64,000 bases of DNA from Podarcis filfolensis. Lineage: Eukaryota. Positions 35,101-47,102 of the stretch are shown here, piece after piece. How positions within the stretch are numbered: position 1 is the first letter of the stretch; each line of letters opens with the position of its first letter. The position numbers and the translations under genes are program-made. The DNA lies in assembly GCA_964270895.1 (NCBI GenBank), contig OZ185436.1; one strand, 5' to 3'. The notes below the pieces were generated by a model. It was not told where the DNA came from and searched no databases. It was given only the letters and a program-made list of their open reading frames with translations.

Positions 35101-38100
35101 AAAGCTTTCTGCTCACCTGGCATGTTCCCCATTTTCCTACTCTACCCTTTTTAAGAAGATGAAGAATGTATCTTGTTTTTGGATCTCTTGCCCACTTTAA
35201 AATAAAATAAAATAGATAATGAACCTTGCCTTCATATCTCTGCATGGTATTGTTTTGTTCTGATTCAATTTCCTTGTGAACTGAGTCATCGGTCACTGCT
35301 AAGAGCCACAGCAAGAGGTTAATGGCTAAGGTCAGCATTAGCCCACATCTGTCAAAAAAGAAACACATATTTATAGTCTTTTGACATCGGTCTTTTATTA
35401 ATGAAGCTGTATTCTACCTGTTCTCACAGTACTGGTATTCAGTTCTCTTGTTGGTAACTGAATGGGGAACTTGACTGACCTTTCCGTGTTTGAGTTAACA
35501 TAGCAAAGTTAAGGGCTCATCCACACTCTCGCTTGTCCCATGCCCAGATAGCACAGGTCCAATGGATTTTGGCTTTTCCCAGGAAAACCCGCTCTCTATG
35601 GCTGAATCGGAGCAAACTTCAATCTGTGGAAAGACCAATTGATGTTTTCTCTGATTCAGTGGTAAAGAGCAGAGTTTACCTGGGGAAAATTGGCAGGACA
35701 AACGGCTGTGTGAAAGTCCTTAGTTGTGTGGCTAACGCAATCCAGCTCCATGATCCTGTTCCAGTTGTGGAGTCTGGCATCGGGAGCAGAGATCAGCACC
35801 CTGAGGGCTTCCTCTTTCATTAATGAAAAAGGTTCCTACCTAGCCTGCAAAGCTGCAGAATAAACTTTGAATGTAAAAGGTGTTTGTGAGTGAGAGAATG
35901 AGTAGGCGAGGGAGAGGAGGGCTATCCCAAGAGAAACAACCTAAACACCTTAATGCCATTTCCTTGAATCAACTTCTGATCATAAAACTTCAGTAAATAC
36001 AGTTTGGGCTGCAGACAACTAAGTTCTACTCAACATAAAGGTAAAGGGACCCCTGACCATTAGGTCCAGTCGTGACCGACTCTGGGTTACGGCGCTCATC
36101 TCACTTTATTGGCTGAGGGAGCTGGCGTACAGCTTCCGGGTCATGTGGCCAGCATGACTAAGCCGCTTCTGGAGAACCAGAGCAGCGCACGGAAACGCCG
36201 TTTACCTTCCCACCGGAGGGGTACCTATTTATCTATTTGCACTTTTACTTGCTTTCAAACTGCTAGGTTGGCAGGAGCAGGGACCGAGCAACGGGAGCTC
36301 ACCCCGTTGCAGGGATTCGAACCGCCAAGCTTCTGATCAGCAAGTCCTAGGCTCTGTGGTTTAACCCACAGCGCCACCCACGTCCCCCTACTCAACGTAG
36401 ACCCATTGAAATGACCAACCCTTAGTTATGCCTGTTAACTGCTGTGGGTCTACCCTTAGTAGGGCAACAACTGGATGCAATCTTATATAACTAGTGTTAG
36501 ATTCTGCATAGCAAAAGCCTGTTGGATCAGGCCAGTGACCTATTTGGTCCAGCACTCTATTCTCACAAGGGCCAGCCAGAAGCTTATTGAATACCAGTTG
36601 CCCCAAAGCAGGACTTGAGTGTCAGTCTCCCCACTTGCGATTCCCGGCAACTGGTATTCAGAGGCCTACTCTAATGGTAGAGGTAGAATACAGCCATTGC
36701 GGCTAGTGGCCACTTATTGTCCACGAATTGGTCTAATCCTCTTTTGAAACCATCTCAGTTGGTGGCCATTGCTACCAAAAGGAGCAAATCCCATAGTTTA
36801 GCTATGTGTTGTGTGACAAAGTACTTAATTTTGTTAAGGGTGGGGAATTGGTGGCCCTATGAGATGCTGTTCTCTCAACTCACATCATCCCTGACCATTG
36901 GCCTTGTTGGCTGTTGGTGCTGATGAGAGTTGGGGCCATAACACCTGATAGGCCACAGGTTCTTTGCCTCTGTTATGAAGTGAGCCCCCACTGCTCCCGT
37001 TTCACCATTACGATTTGTAAAGGTTTCATGCTGCTTCTGTTTTCCTACCTGGTGAAGTTGTGGTGAACCTGGGTGCAGTCCTTTGCATGGCACCATATAA
37101 AGTAAGTCTGAAATCAATGCAGAGAGGAAAATTAGTGTTGCAGCAAGAATGAAAACAGTTTTGTACAGATAGCCAACATGTAAAAACCACTTAAAGGCTT
37201 TCTTACAATCAAGCAGTATATACCGTATTTTTCCATCCCCATGTATAAGACGCCCCCTACTTTGGGGGACTCCAAATTAAGTAAAACACCCCTCAGCACT
37301 ACCCATGTATAAGATGAGCCCCAATTTTTAACCTAATTTTTTGGTTAAAAAAACCTAGTCATAAACAGAAAAATACAGTAAATCTTGTTAGATAAATTAA
37401 GCATGTTGCTTGTATTTTTGTACAGGTAATTGGGGCACAATACTTTCCTTGCCCTGGGCACTGGCAATTCAAGCTATGCCACTGGGAGGGAGTGGGCCAT
37501 TTGTTCTGTGTTCGGCTACAGATACTTGAATGTAACCTTGTTAGCATTTGAACATCTCCTGAGATGTAACCAAATTCTACACTATGGGTCCTGAGATCTA
37601 GGAGCAAGTTTTTGTCTATATGTGGATAATTTTCGAACTGCTCCAATTTTTGTCTGTTACTTAGAAGTACCAAGCAATGTCAGGTACAAGGCTGCTAGTA
37701 CTTAATATAAAACTGCAGTTTTGAAGGGCACTTTTGTGGTTTTCCCTTCCCTCCCTGTGTGTTGTAACTTTGCAACTTTGTGTTTTGCCTGTCTGCCCTC
37801 TTCCCACTTTGGAAGTCTCCTGTTTGCTGCAGCAGATAAAATGTGAAAGGGACTAGATGGAAATGGGAGAAATGGCAGCGGGTTTCCCCCCCGCTCCTGC
37901 AAATCTGAAGGTCTGGGAGAAAACTCAGGNNNNNNNNNNNNNNNNNNNNNNNNNNNNNNNNNNNNNNNNNNNNNNNNNNNNNNNNNNNNNNNNNNNNNNN
38001 NNNNNNNNNNNNNNNNNNNNNNNNNNNNNNNNNNNNNNNNNNNNNNNNNNNNNNNNNNNNNNNNNNNNNNNNNNNNNNNNNNNNNNNTATCATTGTGTTT

Positions 38101-39427
38101 ATACAATAATGTGTATATATACTTTTGATACCAATGATAAAAGTGAGCTCTTTTGTTAGCGAAGAGGCTGGGCTGTAGCAAAAGCAGGAGCTAATACCTG
38201 AATGCAGATGAAGAGGATTCCTATGGATGGGAACAAAAGGGCCACCTGGGATTTACACTGAATATGGATAATGTTGTACCCAATCCGGAACATGTGCAGG
38301 AGGACACTGCAAGCACCAAACAGGATTAGAGAACCTGTATGAACACACAAACCAACCATGTTTTGTTAAGAGCAATCTAATAAGAACAGTCAACCTGCGA
38401 GGTGGGGGTCCTGTTTCAGCCTGAGCACCGCATTCCCTTCTGGGCAACCAGTGGTGGGTGGGGGACCGAGGCAAAAGTGGGTGGAGCATTGAACGCAGAT
38501 TTTACCTTTGTACAGGTAGCTGCTTTCTATACACATAATTCCTCTCCCTTGCTTGTCGAGTTAGGAGGTAGACATGAGCAGAGTTAAAGGATGCATTGCA
38601 GCCAGGAAAAAACCACTTGTAGTGTGTGACCTGGGGAGAGTTCCAAGGGCCAGACAGAAGGACAGGGAGGGCCACATTTGGCTTTGAACCTGAGATCTCC
38701 CACCCCTGGTATTAAATAAAAGCACCTTTAAAAAAACCAAGCACAGTGCAAAAGGGAATGCACCAACAAGGTGTGCGAATGTCCCCAGAGTTTGTAGTAT
38801 GTGTCTTTTTTTTAATCTGTACTTCTTAGGCTGCCTAAAAACAATTAGTGAACCATCTCTTCTAGAGCTTCCATAGCCCACCATTAAGGTTTTCCCCAAG
38901 ATGTGAAAACAGGTACTTGGGCCTATTAACCAGCTAGGTGCCCCAGGAGCTATGCTTGGATCCTGGTATGCGAAGTACTCTAGAACTGACACATTGTCAG
39001 GACATTGGAGATGGTGGCAGCACTGCTTACCTTTAACCCACATGGGCCCTGCATGGGCATCCCGGTACAAGATAGCGTGTGGCTTCCTCCTGGTGAACAA
39101 TAAATAGCTTGCCATCCAGCCTAAGGCCAGGACCTTGAGGATGGAGAGGAAGATCCAGACGTCTTCCAGCGTAATGACCACCTTGTTGAAAATCATGCTG
39201 CAGATGAAGGCACTGCCCAGGAACACCACGTTCATGGCCATCAGTCCTGAGAAAAGCCGCCCAGCCTTCTGGGCCTGCTTGTCGCGGAGGAGCAAGGAAG
39301 AGCAATGGCGGTGTAGCCACGACTTCTCGTAGTTGATCTTCCAGCCCTCTGGGTTGGGGGAAGCAGTCTCATCTTCTCCACCTTCCTGGGGATGGTGTCT
39401 CTGATGCGCTGTTGCTTTGATATCCAT
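31935..39427 (-). CDS. OTOP3: Otopetrin-3 proton channel; 6 coding exons, 1818 nt, about 605 aa
   Basis: Exons 39427-39031, 38334-38198, 37107-37049, 35348-35230, 33749-32815, 32105-31935. Motifs KAGRLFSGLMAMNVVFLGSAFICSMIFNKV, YPFNTEYCL, KNPTRSLDV, NWKRKALKEIS and FYRMHSVG match recalled OTOP3. Position between HID1 and OTOP2 fits synteny. Confidence 0.94.
32815..33749 (-). CDS. OTOP3: OTOP3 large exon (935 nt)
   Basis: tccag|NGTSSCRCSNKTGCKVFQNGYILLYPFNTEY...KEISSFLIMCNII|gtaagt; overlaps track ORF 32803-33681. Confidence 0.95.
34691..34826. mobile_element. Palindromic hAT-type MITE (family of 7719-7855)
   Basis: TIRs; perfect 8-bp TSD GTCTACAA. Confidence 0.85.
35230..35348 (-). CDS. OTOP3: OTOP3 119-nt exon with GC donor
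   Basis: gacag|CGLMLTLAINLLLWLLAVTDDSVHKEIESEQNNTMQRYE G|gcaagg. Confidence 0.88.
35513..35719. mobile_element. Harbinger-like palindromic MITE
   Basis: gggctcatccacact terminus; internal ctgaatcggagcaaac shared with 47672-47955. Confidence 0.45.
36038..36386 (-). mobile_element. Sauria SINE, full length
   Basis: 12-bp TSD ctactcaac(a/g)ta. Confidence 0.92.
36505..36830 (+). mobile_element. CR1-related repeat fragment
   Basis: aagcctgttggatcaggccagtgacc...tccagcactctattctcac; related piece on the minus strand at about 53990-54075; boundaries approximate. Confidence 0.5.
37049..37107 (-). CDS. OTOP3: OTOP3 59-nt exon
   Basis: ttcag|TYFIWCHAKDCTQVHHNFTR|gtagg. Confidence 0.92.
37223..37378. 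mobile_element. Tc2-like MITE
   Basis: TA|CCGTATTTTTC...GAAAAATACAG|TA; sibling at 47986-48151. Confidence 0.7.
37930..38087. other. Assembly gap (158 N) in an OTOP3 intron
   Basis: Run of n. Confidence 0.99.
38198..38334 (-). CDS. OTOP3: OTOP3 137-nt exon
   Basis: tacag|SLILFGACSVLLHMFRIGYNIIHIQCKSQVALLFPSIGILFICIQ|gtatt. Confidence 0.93.
39031..39427 (-). CDS. OTOP3: OTOP3 first identified coding exon
   Basis: MDIKATAH...HAGPMWVK G|gtaag. The true start could lie further upstream (see findings). Confidence 0.88.
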
Positions 39428-40736
39428 GGCTGGATGATGCTTTGGCTGCTGGGTAGGAAGAGTTTGCTTTTAAACCACCTAGACATTTAACAAAGGTTGG
39501 GTCATTGACACCATAAGTGCAGGACCAAGAGGTGGTTGTTGGACTAGACTTGACCAAGTCTTTACTCCAAAGGAAGCTGCAGATGCTAGTGGGATAGGTT
39601 CGGGGTGCTTCGTATGAAACTGTCTAACGCTAAGATCAGCCGTCTACCTCCCTCGGCATTGTCTATACCAGATGTGGGAAACCTCTTTGATCCTGAGAAC
39701 TATTTCCTCAGGGGCAACCTTAGAACTACCGTACTTCCTCAGAGGCAATCTTCTAGATTATGATTTGCAGGCACAGCTTTTCTTATTCTTTGTGACTATG
39801 AAAGGTAAATGAATTCTATCCTCTGTGAAATCTCTCCCCCCCTGGTTTCCTGTTTCTCTTAAACCCCAAATCCTTAAAAACAAATTAGAATTGGTCATTT
39901 AACATGCTGCCATTATTTTCCGACTTAAACACACCATGACGGGTTTTATCGGTTTAATGTGTCCTCATTGGAAACCGTCCAATTATATTTCAAAAGGAAT
40001 GTTTAAAATGCATCCATCTTCTTGTCACCAAGCCCCCAGAGCCACAATGTTTCTGGGATCCCTGATCAACCCTAAATCAAATCCCCAGCGAAGAAGGGAA
40101 GATCTAGAAAATGCAGTTTAAGGAGTGTGACTTCACACTTCTTACCTCGCACTTGATCACTGGCAGCTTCAGCAGGAAAACTGGAATAGTGGGAAACTGT
40201 CTTATCCTACATCTTCCAGGGAAACATAACTAGAAACAAGTAGTAGTAGTAGTAAAAGGCATTCCCTCTCCGGGGCTGTGAAGCCCTTTCCTCTCAGAAG
40301 GACTGAGAAATAGTCACAGGCAAGCCTAGCTGCCAATAAAAAGTGTAGTTTGCATTGATTTTTTCCCCTTGTTTACTTTGGGGATAGTCGTGTCATTATA
40401 TTAATTACCAGGCTGAGAGGTTCATTAGAGCTGGAGAGTCCAACCAATGGGATCCAGCCACCCTCATGTACACCTGCCTGGTCAGCTCACGTCAACAGTT
40501 TAAGTCTGCAGCACAGTATGTGCCGAGTGCAAAACCACAGAGCTCCATGACTAATGCCGCCGAGGCTGCAATTTGAGAGGAATCCAGGGTGCGAGAAATG
40601 GGCCCGTTCTAGGCTAACTGGATCGCCTGAAGTTTAATCGCTGCGGACTGCTACATGATCTGAATTTCTGGCCCATGTTCTTCAGAGGTTCAGAAGCTCT
40701 CCCTTTGTCATCTTGGACTCTTGTTTATTTTCTGTA

Positions 40737-40962
40737 CAGTGGTACCTCGGGTTACATACGCTTCAGGTTACAGACTCTGCTAACCCAGAAATAGTACCTC
40801 GGGTTAAGAACTTTGCTTCAGGATGAGAACAGAAATCGTGCTCCGGCGGCACGGCAGCAGCGGGAGGCCCCATTAGCTAAAGTGGTGCTTCAGGTTAAGA
40901 ACAGTTTCAGGTTAAGAATGGACCTCTGGAACAAATTAAGTACTTAACCCAAGGTACCACTG
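40737..40962. mobile_element. Tigger-like MITE (reverse orientation)
   Basis: TIRs and TA flanks. Confidence 0.85.
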
Positions 40963-41979
40963 TAATCCCTTTGAGGAAAGGTTGCTTGACCAGAACAATG
41001 GAAGATTTGCAATTAGATTAAGGAAGGTATCACCATAAGACATGGCTATTGGCAAAGATGGAGCAAGGATCAATCAGGGTTTGATTTCTTGACATGCATT
41101 GGGACAGGAGGGGAAGGAGGCAGTGGTAGGTGCTCTCCCAATGTCCTAGCAGAGCGTCCTTGTTATGAAGGCTGAAGCTCCATCTGCAGTATGCATTTTA
41201 AGCAGTATTGTAGGCCAGGGAATGGCTGGGCACCGCAGAGGGGTGGCTGGATACTGATAAGTGGGCGTTGGGAGCAGGGGAGTTGGAGGCTGGTTTGGAA
41301 GAAGGGATCCATGACCTGGGGGGAATCTGTAACAGCCAGGAGATGTTGGGAGTCAGAGGCAGGAGAAGCGGCAGGATAGGGGAGTAAAGATCAGGTGCAG
41401 GAGGTGGGAGAGGGAGGTCAGGCTGCTGTAGAGTCAAGGCCTTCCACACCTCCTGCCCCCAATGTCTGCTGCTCCACTGTCTCCCAGGACCAGAGCAGGA
41501 TTGAAAAGGGAGAAGCTGAAGGTTACATGCGGGTGGAGTCTTTGCCTGCTTGCACACAGCAATTTGTCAATAAACAATCAGGTCATAGGAAGTTTATGTA
41601 AAGCATCAAGATTTGTTCAAGCGGGTTGCATAGATGCTATCGTATTACAGAATATAATACGCATAGGACACTCCAGTATGCATCGCTTCAAGCTGCTCTC
41701 ACCCACAGATAAATGCCCCAATGATGTTTTGTCAATGAAATCACCTTTTCTGTGGTGGGTTTTTGTCTGTTTGCAGAAAACTCCCCCCCCCCCAGTTCTT
41801 AGAATCAATAGTCTGCAGCTTTGGAGGTGATTTGGGTGGTGACCAGGGGCGGAGCTTTGTCAGCGATGGTTATCTGGTTAGGTCCCTAAATACATTTATG
41901 TTTGTGTTTATTTTCTTTAAGCACTAAGTGAAAGTCGTTTTGTTTAACCAAGTTTTAGCATGAGCAGGGGGAAGCTACA

Positions 41980-42235
41980 GAGAAGCAGCAGAGGGCCTTC
42001 TGGGTAGTGGCACCCTCCCTGTGGAATGCCCTTCCATCAGATGACAAGGAGATGAGTAACTATATAACCTTTAGAAGACATCTGAAGACTGCCCCATATA
42101 GGGAAACTTTTTAGGGTTTAACGTTTTATTTTGTTTTTATATGTGTTGGAAGCCTCCCAGAGTGACTGGGGCAACCTGGTCAGATGGGCGGGATACAAAT
42201 ACTATTGTTGTTGTTGTTGTTTGTTGTTATTAGTA
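41980..42235 (+). mobile_element. L2-like LINE 3' end with (TTG)n tail
   Basis: Homologous to 23512-23740; boundaries approximate. Confidence 0.72.
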
Positions 42236-43295
42236 CTAGTATTATTGCATTTGAGGAGGACACAGGACAGCACCAGAGAGGGGTGTGACTTGGGAATGGG
42301 AGGGTTTGAGGGCTACATGTGGTCCTTGGGTCTGAGATTCCTCACCCATGTTTTAGCAGTTTTAGTTTGACTGGATTTTGCTATATTACGACACTACCGC
42401 TTATGCTCTCCTTTGTAATTCTGTTAATATTGTCTTTATTTGATAGCAACATTGTTTTAAAAAATGGTTTCAAAAGCCACGTTGGGGACCAAAGAGACTC
42501 CAGCCCAGGAGCTGCCTGGTTCAAGCCTCGTTCAAAGGTAAGTCCTGGCAGACACTGTTAGGTAGCAGAAATCGGCGACATCTTTGAGACACCCCCCCCC
42601 CAAACATGGTCATATTGCTAAGGGTGGCACACAGCACAGTGGTGAGCATTTGCCTCTCATTTTCCCAAGCACGCTGGCCTTCTTGCACCTGTTTGCTGGG
42701 CAATTGCAACTGCAAGACCCCTGAGGCTGCTGCATCTTCTTCTGCGACTGAAACATAAAGCAAACGCACACATGCTGCACCCTCTCAGAGTGAAGAACTT
42801 GGGGAAGACAGCTTGTGCAGTTCTTATGTTGTCTAACAACGCTGACACATCATGAGCAGCTAAAGTATGAGAGCTTTCTTATCATTGCCCATTAACAAGA
42901 TTAGAGCCATTGTTAAGTAATTAGACAGTGAAAAGTCTTGGCTTTTGTGTTGGCCTTGGTTCAGTCACCAACGACTAATGAGGCCGCTTAACACACCTGC
43001 TGCATTTACAACACGCCAACTTTTCTGCAGGGCTGGCCTGAAGCAGAACAACAAATGTCACTCCCCACACCGACCCCAAAAGTTAGGTACCCAAGACTGG
43101 CTAAGTTATTTTGGCATCTGAGGCAAAAAAAGTTCAAACGTACCTCTCTCTGGCAGTATACATATAACAATGCAGTTAAACTTCTTACAATTTGTTGTCC
43201 TTTTGTGGCAATCCAAAATTAGGGACCTGAGAGCCACCTCATGTTACCTAATGGTAGAGCTGGTCGTGTGGGACCTTTCTGTAAGCATAAATGTA

Positions 43296-43508
43296 GAGTG
43301 GTACCTCGGGTTAAAAACTTAATTCGTTCTGGAGGTCTGTTCTTAACCTGAAACTGTTCTTAACCTGGGGTACCACTTACTAATGGGGCCTCCCGCTGCC
43401 ACTGCGCAATTTCTGTTCTCATCCTGAGGTAAAGTTCTTAACCCGAGGTACTATTTCTGGGTTAGCGGAGTCTGTAACCTGAAGTGTATGTAACCCGAGG
43501 TACCACTG
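43296..43508. mobile_element. Tigger-like MITE
   Basis: TA|GAGTGGTACCTC...GAGGTACCACTG|TA. Confidence 0.85.
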
Positions 43509-46500
43509 TATTTGTGTTTGTGTAGACATGAGCTGCTCCCCTGCCAGCTCCTAGGCCCCCACTCATTTGCCCATAAACTGAGGCAGGAATGAATACACCT
43601 TGGTTACAGCTTCATACCAATGGGTGGGCATTAAATTAGCTGCTGCTGGCACCACTAAATATCTCACAACTTGCAAAGCCCAAATGCGACATGTTAGCCC
43701 AAATGAAAAGGTGTTGTGAATGCTTCTGAAATAATACCACCCAAGTGTGCCTGTGGATAGCAGTGTGCCACAAAGGAACTATTTGAGATGCTCTTCTTAG
43801 GTAAAATTCATGGCAGGGCAAAGGGAAATGGCCTGTCTGTTGGATCTTGAAAAATTTATAGGCTGAGAGCAGCCCTGAAATGTACACAGAACACTACTAG
43901 CAGCTACACAAGGGCAGCCTCTGCAAACATGATGCCACTCTCCGGAGGTTTTGGACTAGAATTGACTGCTCTTGCTGGCACTAGTGGGGGTTTTTTGGTC
44001 AAAAACATCTGGAAGGCACCAGGTTGGCAAACACTGCGCTAGCGCCTCCTGCAAACAAAATGGCACGTAAGGACCATCAGCAAACAGTGTGTTTAACTGT
44101 GTCCTTTAAAAACCACCTGCTTAGTTCTTTTTCTAAACTCTTACTCCCCATCTTTCCATTGAAACTCTCACTATGAGGTAAACAATAGATATTTGTAAAA
44201 ATGCTTGATTTAAAAAAAGACTTCAGAGATCAAAAGAAGACAGCCAATAAAAATTACACAGTAACTGGGCAGGTAGAATTCAGGAGGTGAAAGAGACCAA
44301 TCTTCGCAAGCTGAGAGAGGGCCGCAAGGCATGAGGCTACGCAGGCCTCCCTCAGAAGGAAATTCCAAAATCTAGGTGAAACTCTACAGAATGCTCTCTC
44401 CTGCATGCCAGCCAAATGCAACTCGGTTGTCTCTTTACAGATGCTTGAGGGAAGCAGGGGTTAACTTCAGAAAACAAAATCGGGTTTCATTGTCTATTTG
44501 AAAATATAACCAAGATTTAGATAATGAACTACGGTTCACACTGCCCATGGCTATGTATGTCTGCAGGGGCCAGGGGCGTAGCATGGGACAGGGCAAAGGG
44601 ACCATGGCCCTGGGCATGGATTTTTGAGGGGCTGCGAAGCTGTTTTGGTGATTTCTTCTCAGCAGCCTCAATGCCCTATCCTAGGGTGTGTTCACATTAG
44701 CACCTTAAAGTGCAGTGAAGGTGCTTTCCCCTTGATAGGACGGGATGCCTTTAACCTGTGCAAGACTGTTCACACCTTGACTAAAGGCGAATTAGGAGTG
44801 GCTTAATGGTTCCAATCAGTGTGAAACTGGTTTGAGAAACAATGCATTAAACAACGGGCTCTCATAATGAAGTACAGGATCCATATGCATGATGGGTAAT
44901 GTAGTGTGAACATGGATTAAAATCCCAGCACTCCAAACAAAGTGAGTGCACATTAAACGGGAATGTGAACACAGCCCCACATAGCCCCATATCTGAAACC
45001 TAAGAGAGGTTTTGGAGGGCATGTAAATCCCTACCTTACTTCCATTAACTTATGCTGACTCTTAGGATTCTAGCTAAAATATTTTTACTACTGCACAAAA
45101 ATGTTTCTTTCCCCCAACTGTATCCATGGAAATGTAGACTCCAAACTTCTAAATGACTTTAAGTATCTGACACAGTAAATAAGCTCAAACCCCAACCCAA
45201 CCTTCTCCCTCTGCATTGATCCTTAAGGCATATCAAAAGAAGAGAATAAACTCACCCAAATCAAACATGATTTTCATTTATTTGTACATTTTAGATTTTT
45301 CAGCACCCGCCCTCCATGTTTTAAGCAGCAAAAGACATTTCTTTCCATTGTGAATACAGTTTCATGGTTTTTTTAAAATCCTGGCAGTGCATGTAGGTGT
45401 GTACCTAGTAAATCTGGATCTACAAACATTTGGGGGGAATGGAATCAGCTGACGGAACCATCACCTCTACTCTCCATCTTAATGTTGCAGCTGTGGCTTC
45501 CAGTGGAAGAACGTCACTAAACCATGGCATAGATTTAGATGGGCTAAATTTTAACGACAAGTGTACGAGTGTCTATCTAGGCTGCTTACATGTTGACAGT
45601 CATTCAAAATTCATGGGGGCGGGGATGCTTGAATAACAACCGAAAAAGAGCAGGGATATTCTAACTGAATGAGCCTCAAGACTTTCCATTGAAAGAATAT
45701 TCCCTGTATAGTGTCTATGAAGGATTTGTAACATATATGATGGCCCTAGCCAATATGGAAGAGCATCTTGAGCAGGTTAGGCTTTCCAAAGCTTTGCATT
45801 GGATTTAAACAGCCTTCCAAAACCCGATGCACTCCAGATGTCTTGGACTACAATTCCCACCAGCCCCATCCAGACTAGACAATGGCAAGGGGTGATGGGA
45901 ATAGTAGTAAAAAATAAAATAAATCCAGAGGCCTCTAGGTTTGGAAGGCTGGACTAAAAGCTGATGATGGTGGAAAAGCCATCAAATCCCACCGTATGTA
46001 GGACACATTTGCAGACACCTCACCCAATAATTTTCAGTCAACTTTGAAGGCCAAGCAAGGGTAACAACGAACACCCCGCTTCCTACAACATCTGAGCTGA
46101 GGAAGAGGCTCTGACCTTTTTGGGCATGCCTGCACTTTAGGCGCTGCCATTGTATTGAGTTCAATGGTGATTGCCTCAATGCCCCTATTCACTCATATAT
46201 GTTTGTGTGTGTGCTACCAGAATGAAAATCAATAAATATTTTTTCATATAAAAATAGACTCGTTAAAAAAATTATTAAGCTACCTTTAAAAACTAACATA
46301 TCTCAATACCCTTTTGAAAGCACAACCCTACACTCTGGCACGCTGCAGGCCCTGATTCAGGACAGCAAGTAAGTTTCACTGAAACCTCTGGGACTTCAGC
46401 CTTATACTTATCGTGTGAGTTCCAACAGGGTCATACTCCCCAAGGCCGTTAATAACCGCTGGATTTAGTCTCCGTGGAGGGGGGACAACAGGAACCTACA

Positions 46501-46931
46501 AAGGCATCCAAACGACTGCGGAGTGTTTAACTGGCTTTAACATTCACTTGATTCTTCTTTCAAACTGACCTTCCCTAGACTGGTTGACTGAACAGGCCTT
46601 AAAGTGACCAGGAATTAGCCTCAGGCTACAAACAGTCCATGTCAGCATTTTGTGGTGGGGGGGGGTGGGGGGAGAAAAGTAATCAAAGATGAACAACCCT
46701 TAGTAGGATGAAGAAAAGGAGGCACTTAAATAGAACGACAAAACACACACGGGAAAACAAAGAAACAAACAAAATCCCTAGGGTACATGTGGGCTATTGC
46801 CAGCCCACCAATCACCAGGGTCTGACATCAAAGTGAAACTCAACCTCCCCCCCCCCCAATTAAGTGCATCATCCAGTCCTGGGAGGGGCATGATAACGTA
46901 GGTCCTTATAAGAAACTCTTCATTGTTCCGA

Positions 46932-47102
46932 TTAAGACATGATGTAGACTTCCAGTAGGCTGGCCACTGCATGCATTCTGTAGAAGATGCCAAATGGCAA
47001 GCAGATGTCCACAATGGCAGCCCACATGGGATAACCGTAGAACGCGAGCTCTGTTTTGTTGTCAAACTGTGGCCGGGCTCCAAATGCTGGCATGACCCAG
47101 AG
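46932..47102 (-). CDS. OTOP2: OTOP2 last coding exon
   Basis: aacag|LWVMPAFGARPQFDNKTELAFYGYPMWAAIVDICLPFGIFYRMHAVASLLEVYIMS*. Confidence 0.95.
   Translation of the reverse strand, partial: LWVMPAFGARPQFDNKTELAFYGYPMWAAIVDICLPFGIFYRMHAVASLLEVYIMS

Noticed and set aside
36109-36336. Recurrent MAEGAGVQL... ORFs (also 31374, 56032, 63707)
   Set aside because: They are translations of Sauria SINE copies, not a gene family.
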